Shown here: positions 38,291 to 47,742 of the stretch, piece after piece | Layout: the number at the start of each line of letters is the position of its first letter | Position numbering within the stretch: position 1 is the stretch's first letter | Assembly (NCBI GenBank): GCA_963675745.2 | Contig: CAXXWX010000028.1 | Coordinates: 32,001-96,000 of the forward strand | Length of the DNA stretch: 64,000 nucleotides | Source of the DNA: Phycisphaerae bacterium | Lineage (GTDB): Bacteria; Planctomycetota; Phycisphaerae; UBA1845; Fen-1342 | Direction: 5' to 3' | Notes under the pieces: model-generated | Told to the model about the DNA's origin: nothing | Seen by the model: only the letters and a program-made list of their open reading frames with translations | Databases searched by the model: none | Translations under genes and position numbers: made by a program

Positions 38291-39490
38291 TCAGGTGATT
38301 TGGCCATAGACGATGCCAGCAACGGTGGATAGCAGCACAACGAGCACGATATAAGCGAGTGTCCGGCGCTTACCGAGCACTGAGGCAATCACGAGCATGT
38401 TCGGCAAGGAAACGGCCGGTCCGGCGAGCAACAGCGCCAGTGCCGGCCCCTTGCCCATGCCGGAGCCGATCAGACCTTCGACAATCGGCACCTCAGTGAG
38501 CGTGGCGAAGTACATCAGCGCCCCGGCCAGGGCTGCGCACAGATTCGCGCCGACCCCGTTACCGCCCACCAAGCCGGCCACCCATTCCTCACGTATTAAC
38601 CCTGGATGTCCCGGTCGCCCCAGCAGTAGTCCCGCCACGAGCACGCCGACGAACAGCAGCGGCATAATCTGCTTGGCGAAGAGCCAGGTGGCGGCGATCC
38701 ACTCGCGTAATTCCGCAACTCTAAACCAGGCCGCGATCATCACGGCCAGCCCGGCGGCAAACACGCCGGTGATATACCATTTGGCTGACCAGATAGCCGC
38801 GACCACGCCGGTTTCGTTCAACCGGGTCCAGTTGGCGAAGACGAGGATGCCGATCATGGCCAGGAAATAGAGCCCGTTCTGCCACAGCGGACGCGTTGGT
38901 TCATCGTGCGGCACAACGATGTCACCGGCGGTCGTTCGAGCGTTCTCGGCTCGGCGAAACACCAGGTGCATCGTGAGACCAATGAGCACGCTGATGAGAA
39001 TGGCCGAGATCGCGCGGGCCAGGCCCAGTCGCCAGCCGAGCACGCGCGCGGTCAGAACGATCGCCAGCACGTTAATCGCGGGGCCGGAATACAGAAACGC
39101 CGTCGCCGGCCCCAACCCCGCGCCGCGCGTATAAATCCCGGCGAACAGCGGCAGAATCGTGCAAGAGCAAGCCGCCAGCACGGTGCCGGACACGGCCGCA
39201 ACACTGTACGCAACAACCTTGTGCGCCTGCGCACCGAAGTACTTCATGACGGCGGCTTGCGAAACAAAACACGAGACCGCCCCGGCAATGAACAGCGCGG
39301 GAACAAGACAGAGCAAAACGTGCTGCCGGGCATAGTCCTGGAGCAGAAGCAGAGCTTCGCGCCCTGACACGGCGATCCGCGAGCTGACTTCAAGCGCCCC
39401 GAACGGCAGGCTGTAGACCAGCGCGAAAACAGCTAACATCAGGGCGCCGATGATCAGGTCGCGCGTGGCGACCCGTGCGTTAATGGCCAT
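38291..39490 (-). CDS. DUF318/ArsP-family permease
   Basis: HVLLCLVPALFIAGA, CSCTILPLF, FLYSGPAIN, YFATLTEVPI, LLAGPAVSLP. Start re-assigned to the ATG at 39490. Confidence 0.88.
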   Translation of the reverse strand: MAINARVATRDLIIGALMLAVFALVYSLPFGALEVSSRIAVSGREALLLLQDYARQHVLLCLVPALFIAGAVSCFVSQAAVMKYFGAQAHKVVAYSVAAVSGTVLAACSCTILPLFAGIYTRGAGLGPATAFLYSGPAINVLAIVLTARVLGWRLGLARAISAILISVLIGLTMHLVFRRAENARTTAGDIVVPHDEPTRPLWQNGLYFLAMIGILVFANWTRLNETGVVAAIWSAKWYITGVFAAGLAVMIAAWFRVAELREWIAATWLFAKQIMPLLFVGVLVAGLLLGRPGHPGLIREEWVAGLVGGNGVGANLCAALAGALMYFATLTEVPIVEGLIGSGMGKGPALALLLAGPAVSLPNMLVIASVLGKRRTLAYIVLVVLLSTVAGIVYGQIT

Positions 39491-39525
39491 AACGCCATGA
39501 ATAAGCTCAAAAAAACGCCGGAATA

Positions 39526-39861
39526 TCAACCCTCGATCTCCGCCTGACACGCCTTGAGGTTTTCCTTCAGCACTGATTCGATGCACTCCCACAGCGCCGC
39601 CAGGCAGCAGATCTTCAGCCGATAGTAGGTCATGGTGCCGTCTTTGCGGTCTTCGACAATGCCGGCCTGCCGTAACACGGCAAGGTGTTTGGACACGGTC
39701 GACTGGTCGGCTCCGACTATCCTGGTGAGTTCGCACACACAGAGCTCTTGCGCTTGCAGAGCGTCCAGCATGATCAGACGGCTGGGATGCGCAAGGGCTT
39801 TTGCGATGCGCGCCCGCGCCTCGTAACGTGCCCGTGGGTACCTGGCAATCTTCATGGCCAT
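39526..39861 (-). CDS. ArsR/SmtB family transcriptional regulator
   Basis: KALAHPSRL, ELCVCEL, STVSKHLAVLRQAGIV, C-terminal CC and C. Confidence 0.92.
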   Translation of the reverse strand: MAMKIARYPRARYEARARIAKALAHPSRLIMLDALQAQELCVCELTRIVGADQSTVSKHLAVLRQAGIVEDRKDGTMTYYRLKICCLAALWECIESVLKENLKACQAEIEG

Positions 39862-39895
39862 ATGGCCATTATAGAATGAATCACCCCGCTGTCAA
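39854..39895 (-). promoter_or_regulatory. Consensus sigma70 promoter plus overlapping 16-bp palindrome (probable ArsR operator)
   Basis: Minus strand TTGACA (39895-39890)-N16-TATAAT (39873-39868). Perfect palindrome ATGGCCATATGGCCAT at 39854-39869. Confidence 0.75.
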
Positions 39896-39914
39896 GGCAG
39901 CGCCGGCCCGGATG

Positions 39915-41267
39915 TCAACTCCCGGCGCGCAGCAGTTCGAGGGCCTTGTCCAGGACGGGGTCGCCGTCGTGAAAGTCCTCTTCGCTGGTCTCGACGGCAA
40001 CGTCCGGCGCGATGCCGCTCCCCTCGAATTCCTTGCCATCCGGCCCCATCGACTTCCACGACGGCAGGTACACGACGACCTCGTTCGGCAGTTCGTACGG
40101 CTTCGGGTTGCCGGAACTGCCGTACGAATTGGCGCCCACCAGCGTGCAATTCGGGACCGCCTTCATCATGAGCAGAAAACCCTCGGCACTGCTCATCACG
40201 TATGGTCCGGTGAGAACCGCGATCCGGCCTCGGTACCTTGGGCGCCCCTTTGTCGGGTTCAGCACACGCTCGTGCGGCTTGCTGAAGCCGCCGGGTGCCT
40301 CGGAATCACGATAGACGTGTTTGGCATAGACGACGGGCTTGTCGATGAAACAGCCGGCGAATTCCTGGGCCAGCGTTTCGGAGCCGCCGGAGTTGAACCG
40401 CATGTCAATGATCAGCGCGTCGCAATCGCGCAGATCATCCAGGGCAACGAACGCCTGGTCGAGCGCGTCTTCATGTTTGGTTTCCCAGCTACTGATCATG
40501 ATGTAGCCGATCTTGCCCTCGTCATAACGGCCGCGGAACACGGCCGCACTGCTCTGCTTGAAACCCGGCACGAGATTCGGCAGGTTTTTGAAGTTGCCGT
40601 TGGGCGGGACTTTGCGCCGATGAGAGGCGTGCAGCGTCTCGCCGACCTTCAACCAGATGTGTATGTCTTCGGCCTTGGCCAGCAAGCGACCGGCGTAGCG
40701 CGCGAACTGGTCGCGCGACTTGGCCTTGGCCAGCTTCGGGCCCAGGCGAGCGAATTCCTGGCCCCAATCCACGCCGCGCAGATCGCGATAGGAGTAGCAT
40801 TCGTCCACGGCGCGCCGCAGTTCGTCGACTGACTCCTTCTGCAAGGCGGGCGTCAACTTCTGCTCCTCGCCGGCCGCCGTCGTGAAACTGATGGGATAGG
40901 GCGTTGCCGGACTGCCATTCACACCGACGAAGTTCTGGGCGGCGGGACAGTTGATACTGTAGGCGTACTCGTGGTCGGGTTGGAGGCGCACGCGCCACAC
41001 GACGGTGCGGTCATCCTTCCAGCGCGGCTTGCCGATGAGCTTGGGGAAGTTGTCACCACCGCCACAGAACGAGTAACCGCCGTGGCGCATGTCCTGGTCG
41101 AACTCGATCTGGATTTCCTTGAGGCCGGGATCGACATCGGTCGCGCCGTTGTCGGGAATGGCCTTGACAACTTGCGGTGAGGCGGCGAATGCCGGCACGG
41201 CCAGCAGGATTGCAACTAACAGAAGTCCGCGTGTCCGCCGACTCGAGCAAACGGTTGCACTGCGCAT
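39915..41267 (-). CDS. S41 family peptidase with N-terminal Ig-like domain, secreted
   Basis: Signal peptide, PDNGATDVDP...IEFDQDM (Big_5-like), IIDMRFNSGG, MSSAEGF, GANSYGSSG, EGSGIAPDV. Confidence 0.87.
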   Translation of the reverse strand: MRSATVCSSRRTRGLLLVAILLAVPAFAASPQVVKAIPDNGATDVDPGLKEIQIEFDQDMRHGGYSFCGGGDNFPKLIGKPRWKDDRTVVWRVRLQPDHEYAYSINCPAAQNFVGVNGSPATPYPISFTTAAGEEQKLTPALQKESVDELRRAVDECYSYRDLRGVDWGQEFARLGPKLAKAKSRDQFARYAGRLLAKAEDIHIWLKVGETLHASHRRKVPPNGNFKNLPNLVPGFKQSSAAVFRGRYDEGKIGYIMISSWETKHEDALDQAFVALDDLRDCDALIIDMRFNSGGSETLAQEFAGCFIDKPVVYAKHVYRDSEAPGGFSKPHERVLNPTKGRPRYRGRIAVLTGPYVMSSAEGFLLMMKAVPNCTLVGANSYGSSGNPKPYELPNEVVVYLPSWKSMGPDGKEFEGSGIAPDVAVETSEEDFHDGDPVLDKALELLRAGS

Positions 41268-41399
41268 GGTGAAACACCTCCCTGGTTCCAACATTCTGCT
41301 GCGGGATGAAGACGAGAGACCTCACGTACGTCGGAGGGACAGCGTGAATCGCACATGGGGACCAGCACACCTGATGATGAGAATGTGCTCATCCACCTG

Positions 41400-42425
41400 T
41401 CAATCGGGCAGGTTGGCGTTGTATTGTGCCCAATACCCGTCCCATGGTTTCATTGGCCAGAACGTCCACCCGGTTCCAAACACGTACCGCGTATCGAATT
41501 TCTGGTAGCGCCCGCTGCCATCGAGGAAGCCGGCCACGTGCCGATCCCACTCGCGGTGCCAGCCGATGAGATTCTTCGGTTTGCTGCCGTCACCGGTATC
41601 CTCCGGATCGGCGCCCGGCGGAACCGCCCCCTCAATAGCGTAGTTGAGCCGGTTCTCCATGATGATGACGAACTCCGAGGCCCAGCGCCCGTGGATCTTG
41701 TCGGCGATCATACGCCGCCCCAATCCCGCGGGCGATTTGTATGCACCCAGTATTGTGAGGTGATGCCGACGGCGAGGATCGTTATACGGCATCGCGTCCC
41801 CCGGCGGCACTTTGCGATAGTAATACGGCCAATACCAGTTGATCGCGTAGCTGTTGCCCCAGTATTCCCACGTTTTGTACGGCGTGCGGCCGTCGACATC
41901 GATGTTCGCCTCATCAGCGGTCGGGATTGCGGCGCTGGAATCGGATGGACACTTGAAGAATCCGGGGATGTCGGCCGGCCGCTTGTAGCGATCCTCAGGA
42001 TCGCGATCCCAGCTTACTGTGGCGCTGATGTAGGGGTTGAGCGCACGGTCGCGCGGACGGACCTTGGACACATCCGCCCCCTGCGGCCCGAGGGCGTCTA
42101 TACCGGTGGCGGCCCACGCCGTGTTGTCCTTATCCGGCATACCGCCGCCCCAGACGAACTCGGTGATCACCAGAAACGGCGACCAATAGCCGTCACGAGT
42201 CTTGTAGGCCAGGCCCATCGTCCAGGGCAGGTCTTCGTAATCGTTGAGGTAGGCCGTTGTCGCCTGGGCGTGCGTGCGAATGTTGGACAGGCACACGGCG
42301 GCTTTTGCTTGTTGGCGCGCGCGGGACAAGGACGGCAGCAGTATTGACAGCAGCAGCGCAATAACTGCAACGACGACCAGCAGCTCAATCAGCGTGAAAC
42401 CGCGATCTCGGTGCGCACAACGCAA
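41400..42425 (-). CDS. Prepilin-type N-terminal methylation domain protein (DUF1559-like)
   Basis: RGFTLIELLVVVAVIALLLSILLPSLSRARQQA, CLSN, FKCPSD, C-terminal WH...FLDG. Confidence 0.88.
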   Translation of the reverse strand: MRCAHRDRGFTLIELLVVVAVIALLLSILLPSLSRARQQAKAAVCLSNIRTHAQATTAYLNDYEDLPWTMGLAYKTRDGYWSPFLVITEFVWGGGMPDKDNTAWAATGIDALGPQGADVSKVRPRDRALNPYISATVSWDRDPEDRYKRPADIPGFFKCPSDSSAAIPTADEANIDVDGRTPYKTWEYWGNSYAINWYWPYYYRKVPPGDAMPYNDPRRRHHLTILGAYKSPAGLGRRMIADKIHGRWASEFVIIMENRLNYAIEGAVPPGADPEDTGDGSKPKNLIGWHREWDRHVAGFLDGSGRYQKFDTRYVFGTGWTFWPMKPWDGYWAQYNANLPD

Positions 42426-42464
42426 GACGACGTGCCCTTTCGGTCCCCCAGGTCCGGCATCTGG

Positions 42465-42473
42465 ATTATACCA
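42465..42473 (-). promoter_or_regulatory. Extended -10 promoter (TGGTATAAT)
   Basis: TGnTATAAT on the minus strand, 40 nt upstream of ORF 42425. Confidence 0.45.
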
Positions 42474-42839
42474 CGCCGCAGCGCGAGAACGGAAGTACCA
42501 GATTCACCAAAATGGCGATCGAACGGGCACGGTCGGCCGTGGGCGCTCTTGCGGCGCGATTTTATCGTCCTGTAGGTAAGCGAAGGGGTCGCCGATAAGA
42601 AGTCATCCGGCTACAATGTGCGAGTTCGGGCATTCAGCAATAGGTGTGACGCCCGAAGTCCCATGCGGACACGCAAAACTGCGAGCGTACCTGTTGAGCG
42701 AATCGTCCGGCCCAGACGTCAGCCGCCAGCCAGAGGCGGCAGGTCCCGATAGGCTGATTGGACTGCGCGGAAGCACTGGCGCCGCCAACCAGCGTCAAAG
42801 GAACTGGTCAAATACGGCGGCAAACACAGGGGCGGGGCA

Positions 42840-43457
42840 ATGAGCGTGGAATCAACCGTATATGTGATAGATGACGACGTTGCGGTTCGGCAGACGATCG
42901 TTGCGTTTGTCGAGTCGGCCGGTCTTCCCGCGCGGGCCTTCGCATCCGCCGAGGAGTTTCTGGATGCCTATGAGCCGAGTTGGATCGGGTGTCTGATACT
43001 GGATATCTGCATGCCGGGCATGAGCGGGCTGGACTTGCAGCAGCAACTGGCAACGATGCCGCAGAGTCTGCCGATCATCATGGTAACCGGGCAGGCGGAC
43101 GTACCGATGGCGGTCCAAGCGATGCGGACTGGCGCGGTGGATGTGATCGGAAAGCCGTTCAGCCGACACGCCCTGCTGGAGCGTGTTCAGGAGGCGTTCG
43201 CGCGTGACGCCGGCGCGCGTAAACAGCAGGCCGAGCGCGCGGACACGCTGAGTCGTATTGCGCGCCTCACGCCGCGCGAACACGAAGTAATGGACCTGAT
43301 TGTGGCCGGACGGCACACCAAGGCAATCGCCGCCGAGTTGAAGCTCAGTCCCAAGACAGTGGAGTCCTATCGAGCCAGCCTGATGGTCAAGATGACCGCC
43401 GAGAACGTCGCCGACCTGGTGCGCCGGGTGGTGGCGTGCGGCGCGGCCAAGGACTGA
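42840..43457 (+). CDS. FixJ-type response regulator (REC + LuxR HTH)
   Basis: VYVIDDD, LILDICMPGMSGL, MVTGQADVPMAV, KPF, LTPREHEV, LSPKTVE. Confidence 0.93.
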   Translation: MSVESTVYVIDDDVAVRQTIVAFVESAGLPARAFASAEEFLDAYEPSWIGCLILDICMPGMSGLDLQQQLATMPQSLPIIMVTGQADVPMAVQAMRTGAVDVIGKPFSRHALLERVQEAFARDAGARKQQAERADTLSRIARLTPREHEVMDLIVAGRHTKAIAAELKLSPKTVESYRASLMVKMTAENVADLVRRVVACGAAKD

Positions 43458-43597
43458 CTCTGCACATCGCACTCGACGCACGCCGGAAGACCGACCAAAG
43501 CACGTTCAGCAGACCCGTAACGTAAGGCGTTCCCACCTGACGTTTCTTGCGCTGGTCAGGCAGGGACGCGTCACGCCACAGTCGGGTTGCAACGGCG

Positions 43598-45028
43598 TCA
43601 GCTCACCGGCGCCAGGGCGACTTCCCGCCGGAGATACTCGTCAATGGACTTGGCCACGACCTTACCGTCGCCCATGGCGAGGATGACCGTGGCGGCGCCG
43701 CGCATGATGTCGCCGCCGGCAAAAACGCCCCGCTTGGTCGTCATCAGCTTGTCATCGACTTCGATGTATCCCCACTTGTTGAGCTTGATGTCCGGCGTGG
43801 TCGACGTGAGCAACGGGTTCGCACCGGCGCCGAGGGCCTCGATAACCACGTCGCAATCAACGGTGAATTCTGATCCCTCGATGGGAACCGGGCGCCGTCG
43901 ACCGGAAGCGTCCGGCTCACCAAGCTCCATGCGGATACATTCGAGACCTTTGACCCACCCATCTTCGGTGCCGAGGATGCGCCTGGGATTGCACAACAGG
44001 TTGAAGATGATGCCCTCTTCCTCGGCGTGGGCGATCTCCTCGTTTCGCGCGGGCATTTCGGCACGGCTGCGACGGTAGATCAGCATGGCCTCCTTCGCTC
44101 CGAGCCGTTTGGCGGTGCGCACGGAGTCCATCGCCACGTTGCCGCCACCGATGACTGCCACGTGCTCACCCTTGATGATTGGCGTGTCCGTCGCCGGGAA
44201 CTCGTAAGCCCCCATCAGGTTGGTGCGCGTGAGATACTCATTGGCCGAGTACACGCCCTTGAGATTCTCGCCGGGGATGTTCATGAAGATCGGCAAGCCG
44301 GCACCGATGCCGACAAAGACGGCGTGGAATCCCTCTTCGGCGAGCAGTTCGTCAACCGTGAACGTGCGGCCGACCACGACATTGCAGACGATCTCGACAC
44401 CCATCTCGACGAGACGTCCGACCTCGGCCTCGATGACCTTGTTGGGCAGCCGAAACTCGGGGATGCCGTAGACCAGCACGCCGCCCGGTTTGTGCAGCGC
44501 CTCGAAAATCGTGACCTTGTGTCCCATCTTGGCGAGTTCGCCGGCGGCGGTCAGGCCGGCCGGCCCCGAACCCACGATGGCCACCTTGTATCCGGTCGGC
44601 TCGGGAATGATCTGCTTCACGTCGTAGTTTTCGCGCGCCCAGTCGGCGATGAAGCGTTCGAGGTGACCTACGGCCACCGGAACCCCCTTGCCCTTGCCAC
44701 GCACGCACACCTGCTCACACTGCTCCTCCTGCGGGCATACGCGGCCGGTGATACCGGGTAGGGCGTTGGCCGACAGCAGAACCTCGGCGGCCTTGTTGAA
44801 ATTCTCCTCCTCGATGTAACCCATGAACTCGGGGATATTGATACCGACCGGGCAACCATTGATGCACTGACCACTCTCGCAGTGCAGGCAACGAGCCGCC
44901 TCGGTCAGGGCCATCTTCTCGGCGAACCCCAGATTGACCTCGTTGAAATCCACGTTGCGTTCGTCGGGGTCGCGCTCGGGCATGTGCTGGCGTTGGATTT
45001 TCATCCGTTCTTTGGGCGTTAGTGCCAT
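43598..45028 (-). CDS. nfnB: NfnB / SudA (GltD-like NADPH-dependent flavoprotein)
   Basis: RCLHC...CINGCP, GRVCPQEEQCE, GSGPAGL, YGIPEFRLP, GGGNVAMD, FAGGDIMRGAATVILAMGDG. Confidence 0.88.
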   Translation of the reverse strand: MALTPKERMKIQRQHMPERDPDERNVDFNEVNLGFAEKMALTEAARCLHCESGQCINGCPVGINIPEFMGYIEEENFNKAAEVLLSANALPGITGRVCPQEEQCEQVCVRGKGKGVPVAVGHLERFIADWARENYDVKQIIPEPTGYKVAIVGSGPAGLTAAGELAKMGHKVTIFEALHKPGGVLVYGIPEFRLPNKVIEAEVGRLVEMGVEIVCNVVVGRTFTVDELLAEEGFHAVFVGIGAGLPIFMNIPGENLKGVYSANEYLTRTNLMGAYEFPATDTPIIKGEHVAVIGGGNVAMDSVRTAKRLGAKEAMLIYRRSRAEMPARNEEIAHAEEEGIIFNLLCNPRRILGTEDGWVKGLECIRMELGEPDASGRRRPVPIEGSEFTVDCDVVIEALGAGANPLLTSTTPDIKLNKWGYIEVDDKLMTTKRGVFAGGDIMRGAATVILAMGDGKVVAKSIDEYLRREVALAPVS

Positions 45029-45123
45029 TGCGGGGGGACTCTCCACTCTGCTATCGGGCACCGAAAGTGCGCGGCGCCCGGGGGACAAATATCATGAATC
45101 TCGGTGATACATCGACACCACGG

Positions 45124-45978
45124 TTACGCGGGGACCTGGGAATCCAGGCGGCATTCGTGTGAGGTACGTTCCACGGCGACTCGCTCCTGGTCGCGGTATG
45201 CCGTCAGCCGATCCGCCAACTCCGCGAAGTCGACGCTGTGGCCGTCAAACTCCGGACCGTCCACACAGGCGAACTTGGTCTCGCCGCCGACGGATACCCG
45301 GCAACCGCCACACATGCCGGTCCCATCCACCATGATCGGATTGAGCGAGACAATGGTCTTGATGCCCGCCGGACGCGTCGCCTCGGCGAGGTAGCGCATC
45401 ATGGGTACCGGGCCGGCGGCGTAGACGGCGCCCAGCGGACGCTCCTGGTCCGCCATCAGCTCGTTCAGCTTGTCGACCACGGTGCCGTGAAACCCGTGGC
45501 TGCCATCATCTGTGCAGGCATAGACCACATCAGAAACGTCACCAAGCGCCTCTTCGAGCACCACCAACTCTTTCGTGCGGCCCCCGGTGATCGCGGATAC
45601 ATAGTTCCCCGCTTCGCGCAGCGCCTGGGCCAGTGGATATATGACCGCGGCGCCCACGCCGCCACCAACGACGCAAGCGTGGCCGACCTTCTCGATCTCC
45701 GTCGGTTTTCCGAGCGGGCCCATCACGTCGCTGATGGTGTCACCTTTCTCTTTCTTGCAAAGTTCGATCGTGGTCTTCCCGATGGCTTTGACAATGATCT
45801 CAATGAACCCCTGCTGCTTGTCCGAGTGCGCGATCGTCAGCGGGATACGCTCGCCCGTCTCGGAAAGCCTGAGAATGATGAACTGCCCCGGTTGGCGGTG
45901 TTTGGCCACCAGCGGCGCATCTATGCGAAACCACTTCACGTCAGAGGCCAACTGCTTCGTGTCGAGAATCTTGAACAT
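45124..45978 (-). CDS. nfnA: NfnA / SudB (PyrK-like FAD/[2Fe-2S] subunit)
   Basis: PGQFIILR, GERIPLTIA, GPLG, GGGVG, DDGSHG, SLNPIMVDGTGMCGGCRV...CVDGPEF. Start is 45978 or 45993. Confidence 0.9.
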   Translation of the reverse strand: MFKILDTKQLASDVKWFRIDAPLVAKHRQPGQFIILRLSETGERIPLTIAHSDKQQGFIEIIVKAIGKTTIELCKKEKGDTISDVMGPLGKPTEIEKVGHACVVGGGVGAAVIYPLAQALREAGNYVSAITGGRTKELVVLEEALGDVSDVVYACTDDGSHGFHGTVVDKLNELMADQERPLGAVYAAGPVPMMRYLAEATRPAGIKTIVSLNPIMVDGTGMCGGCRVSVGGETKFACVDGPEFDGHSVDFAELADRLTAYRDQERVAVERTSHECRLDSQVPA

Positions 45979-46116
45979 GTCTTGCTGTCCCATGGAGGAG
46001 CCCACGGTTCGGCGTCCACGGCCGCGCCGCACCCCGGACTCACGCGAAATAGTGAATTATGCATCCTAGCACAGACCCGCGGCGGAAAACAAGCGGGCGA
46101 GAGGGGAAGCGGAGAC

Positions 46117-46158
46117 AGGGAACAGGGAACGGGGAACGGGGAACAGGGAACAGGGAAC
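46117..46158. repeat. Six tandem copies of heptamer RGGGAAC
   Basis: AGGGAAC x2, GGGGAAC x2, AGGGAAC x2, read directly. Confidence 0.95.
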
Positions 46159-46165
46159 AGCTCTC

Positions 46166-46648
46166 TTACCACCAGCCAGTGTATGGTGGGTTGGGGTCGC
46201 GGCAGGTTTCGCCCAGGTGAAAGCGCTCGTAACCCTCGAAGACGCGATCCAGGAAATAGCTGGATCGCTCCGACTCGAAGTAGCTCTTGCCTGTATTGGG
46301 CGCTTCACGCTCGGACCAACCGGGCGTGTCTTTCGGGCAGTGGAAAATGCGCGTCTCGACATCGACATATCCCTGCAGGACATCAGCGACAAAGATGGGC
46401 GTGTCGCCCTCGACCGGGGCGGGGCTGATCGAAGGCATACGCGAAGCGATCGGCCGCTGTTCGGTGGCCTCGCTGTACATTGCTACAGCGACGTTAAGCT
46501 GGTGGAGTTGCCCACTGCAGATCTCTCGAAGCGCGTGCTCGCGGGCTCGTCTGAGAGTCGGCAGCGCCAGCGCGAGCAGCAATCCGATCAGCGCAATCAC
46601 GATCAGCAGCTCGACCAGGGTGAATCCGACTCGCGTCCTCCGGCACAT
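46166..46648 (-). CDS. Short prepilin-type N-terminal methylation domain protein
   Basis: GFTLVELLIVIALIGLLLALALPTLRRARE, CSGQLHQL, FHCPKD. Confidence 0.82.
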   Translation of the reverse strand: MCRRTRVGFTLVELLIVIALIGLLLALALPTLRRAREHALREICSGQLHQLNVAVAMYSEATEQRPIASRMPSISPAPVEGDTPIFVADVLQGYVDVETRIFHCPKDTPGWSEREAPNTGKSYFESERSSYFLDRVFEGYERFHLGETCRDPNPPYTGWW

Positions 46649-46782
46649 CGGCAGTCATTACCCCGCGGCGCCAGCACCCAATCCGCTGGTCATTCGCTCA
46701 CAAACAGGCTTGAAGCAGACCCGCCAATTGTACACGTTTCGAGCGAACCGTGCGCCGCGGCCGCCAATGCGGATGTCGGCCG

Positions 46783-47742
46783 CTACGGTCTGTCCGGCTT
46801 CGGCGTGGCACTGGTTATGATTTCGGTGGCGCGTTTGACGACGTCGGCAACCGCGATTTCGCCGGCAATGTCGATCCAGTGGACATCCTGCAAACGACGC
46901 ATCCAGGTACGCTGGTGCTTGGCGAGCCGGCGGGAGTGGATCTTGATCTGCTCGATGGCGTAGTCCAGCGAGCATTTGCCCTCAAAGTGCTCAAACAGCT
47001 CGTAATAGCCAACCGCCTGAATCGCCTGATCGCCGACTCCACGCGGGTTTTCCCAGAGTCGGCGGGCCTCTTCAACCAGGCCGGCTTGCACCATGCGCCG
47101 CACACGTTGGTTTATGCGCCGGCTGTTGAGTTCGCGCTCGTGGCGGATACCGATCAGCGTCCAACGCCAATCGGGCCGGCGCCGATGGTGCCCACCCCAC
47201 TCCTGCTGTAGCTCACTGATGCGCTGACCGCTGACCCGGTAAACCTCGATCGCCCGTTCAATGCGCCGAAGATCATTGGGATGGATGCGCTCGGCCGCCA
47301 GGGGGTCGATTTGCTGAAGTTCGGCGTATACCGCGGCGATCCCGTCATTTTCCACGCGCCGGCGAATCTCGGCGCGTACGGCCGGATCGGACGACGGCCC
47401 TTCAAAGAGCCCCTCGTACAGCCCCTTGAAGTAGAGCATTGTGCCGCCGACCAGGATGGCCGGCTTGCCGCGTGCGTGCATGTCGTCGATGGCGGCGTCG
47501 GCGAGTTCGACATAGCGTTTGACGCTGAACGACTCCCATGGATCGACGACATCGATCAGATGATGCCGCACTTCATCGAGATGTTCCTTTGACGGCTTGG
47601 CGGTGCCGACATCCATGCCGCGAAAGACCTTCATGGAATCCATGCTGACGATTTCGCCGCCGAGCTCGAGCGCAAGGCGGTGGGCAAGCTTGTTCTTACC
47701 GCTGGCGGTCGTGCCCAGGATGACGATGACACGCGTTTCCAT
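46783..47742 (-). CDS. miaA: tRNA dimethylallyltransferase
   Basis: GTTASGKN, DSMKVFRGMDVGTAKP, HHLID, VGGTMLY, IHPNDLRRIERAIEV, AKHQRTW. Confidence 0.96.
   Translation of the reverse strand: METRVIVILGTTASGKNKLAHRLALELGGEIVSMDSMKVFRGMDVGTAKPSKEHLDEVRHHLIDVVDPWESFSVKRYVELADAAIDDMHARGKPAILVGGTMLYFKGLYEGLFEGPSSDPAVRAEIRRRVENDGIAAVYAELQQIDPLAAERIHPNDLRRIERAIEVYRVSGQRISELQQEWGGHHRRRPDWRWTLIGIRHERELNSRRINQRVRRMVQAGLVEEARRLWENPRGVGDQAIQAVGYYELFEHFEGKCSLDYAIEQIKIHSRRLAKHQRTWMRRLQDVHWIDIAGEIAVADVVKRATEIITSATPKPDRP

Noticed and set aside
39491..39736. N-terminal extension of the 481-aa permease ORF
   Set aside because: Overlaps the arsR gene in another frame and has no membrane-protein character.
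39801..42347. Long plus-strand ORFs 39801-40832 and 41355-42347
   Set aside because: Antisense shadows of the S41 peptidase and prepilin-like genes, expected in high-GC DNA, with no motifs.
46049..46068. Rex operator upstream of nfnA
   Set aside because: Only a half-site-like TAGTGAA is present; the palindromic TTCACAA half is absent.
45238..46428. 396-aa plus-strand ORF containing GNGEQGT repeats
   Set aside because: Antisense to nfnA and to the prepilin-like gene; the peptide repeat is simply the heptamer tract.
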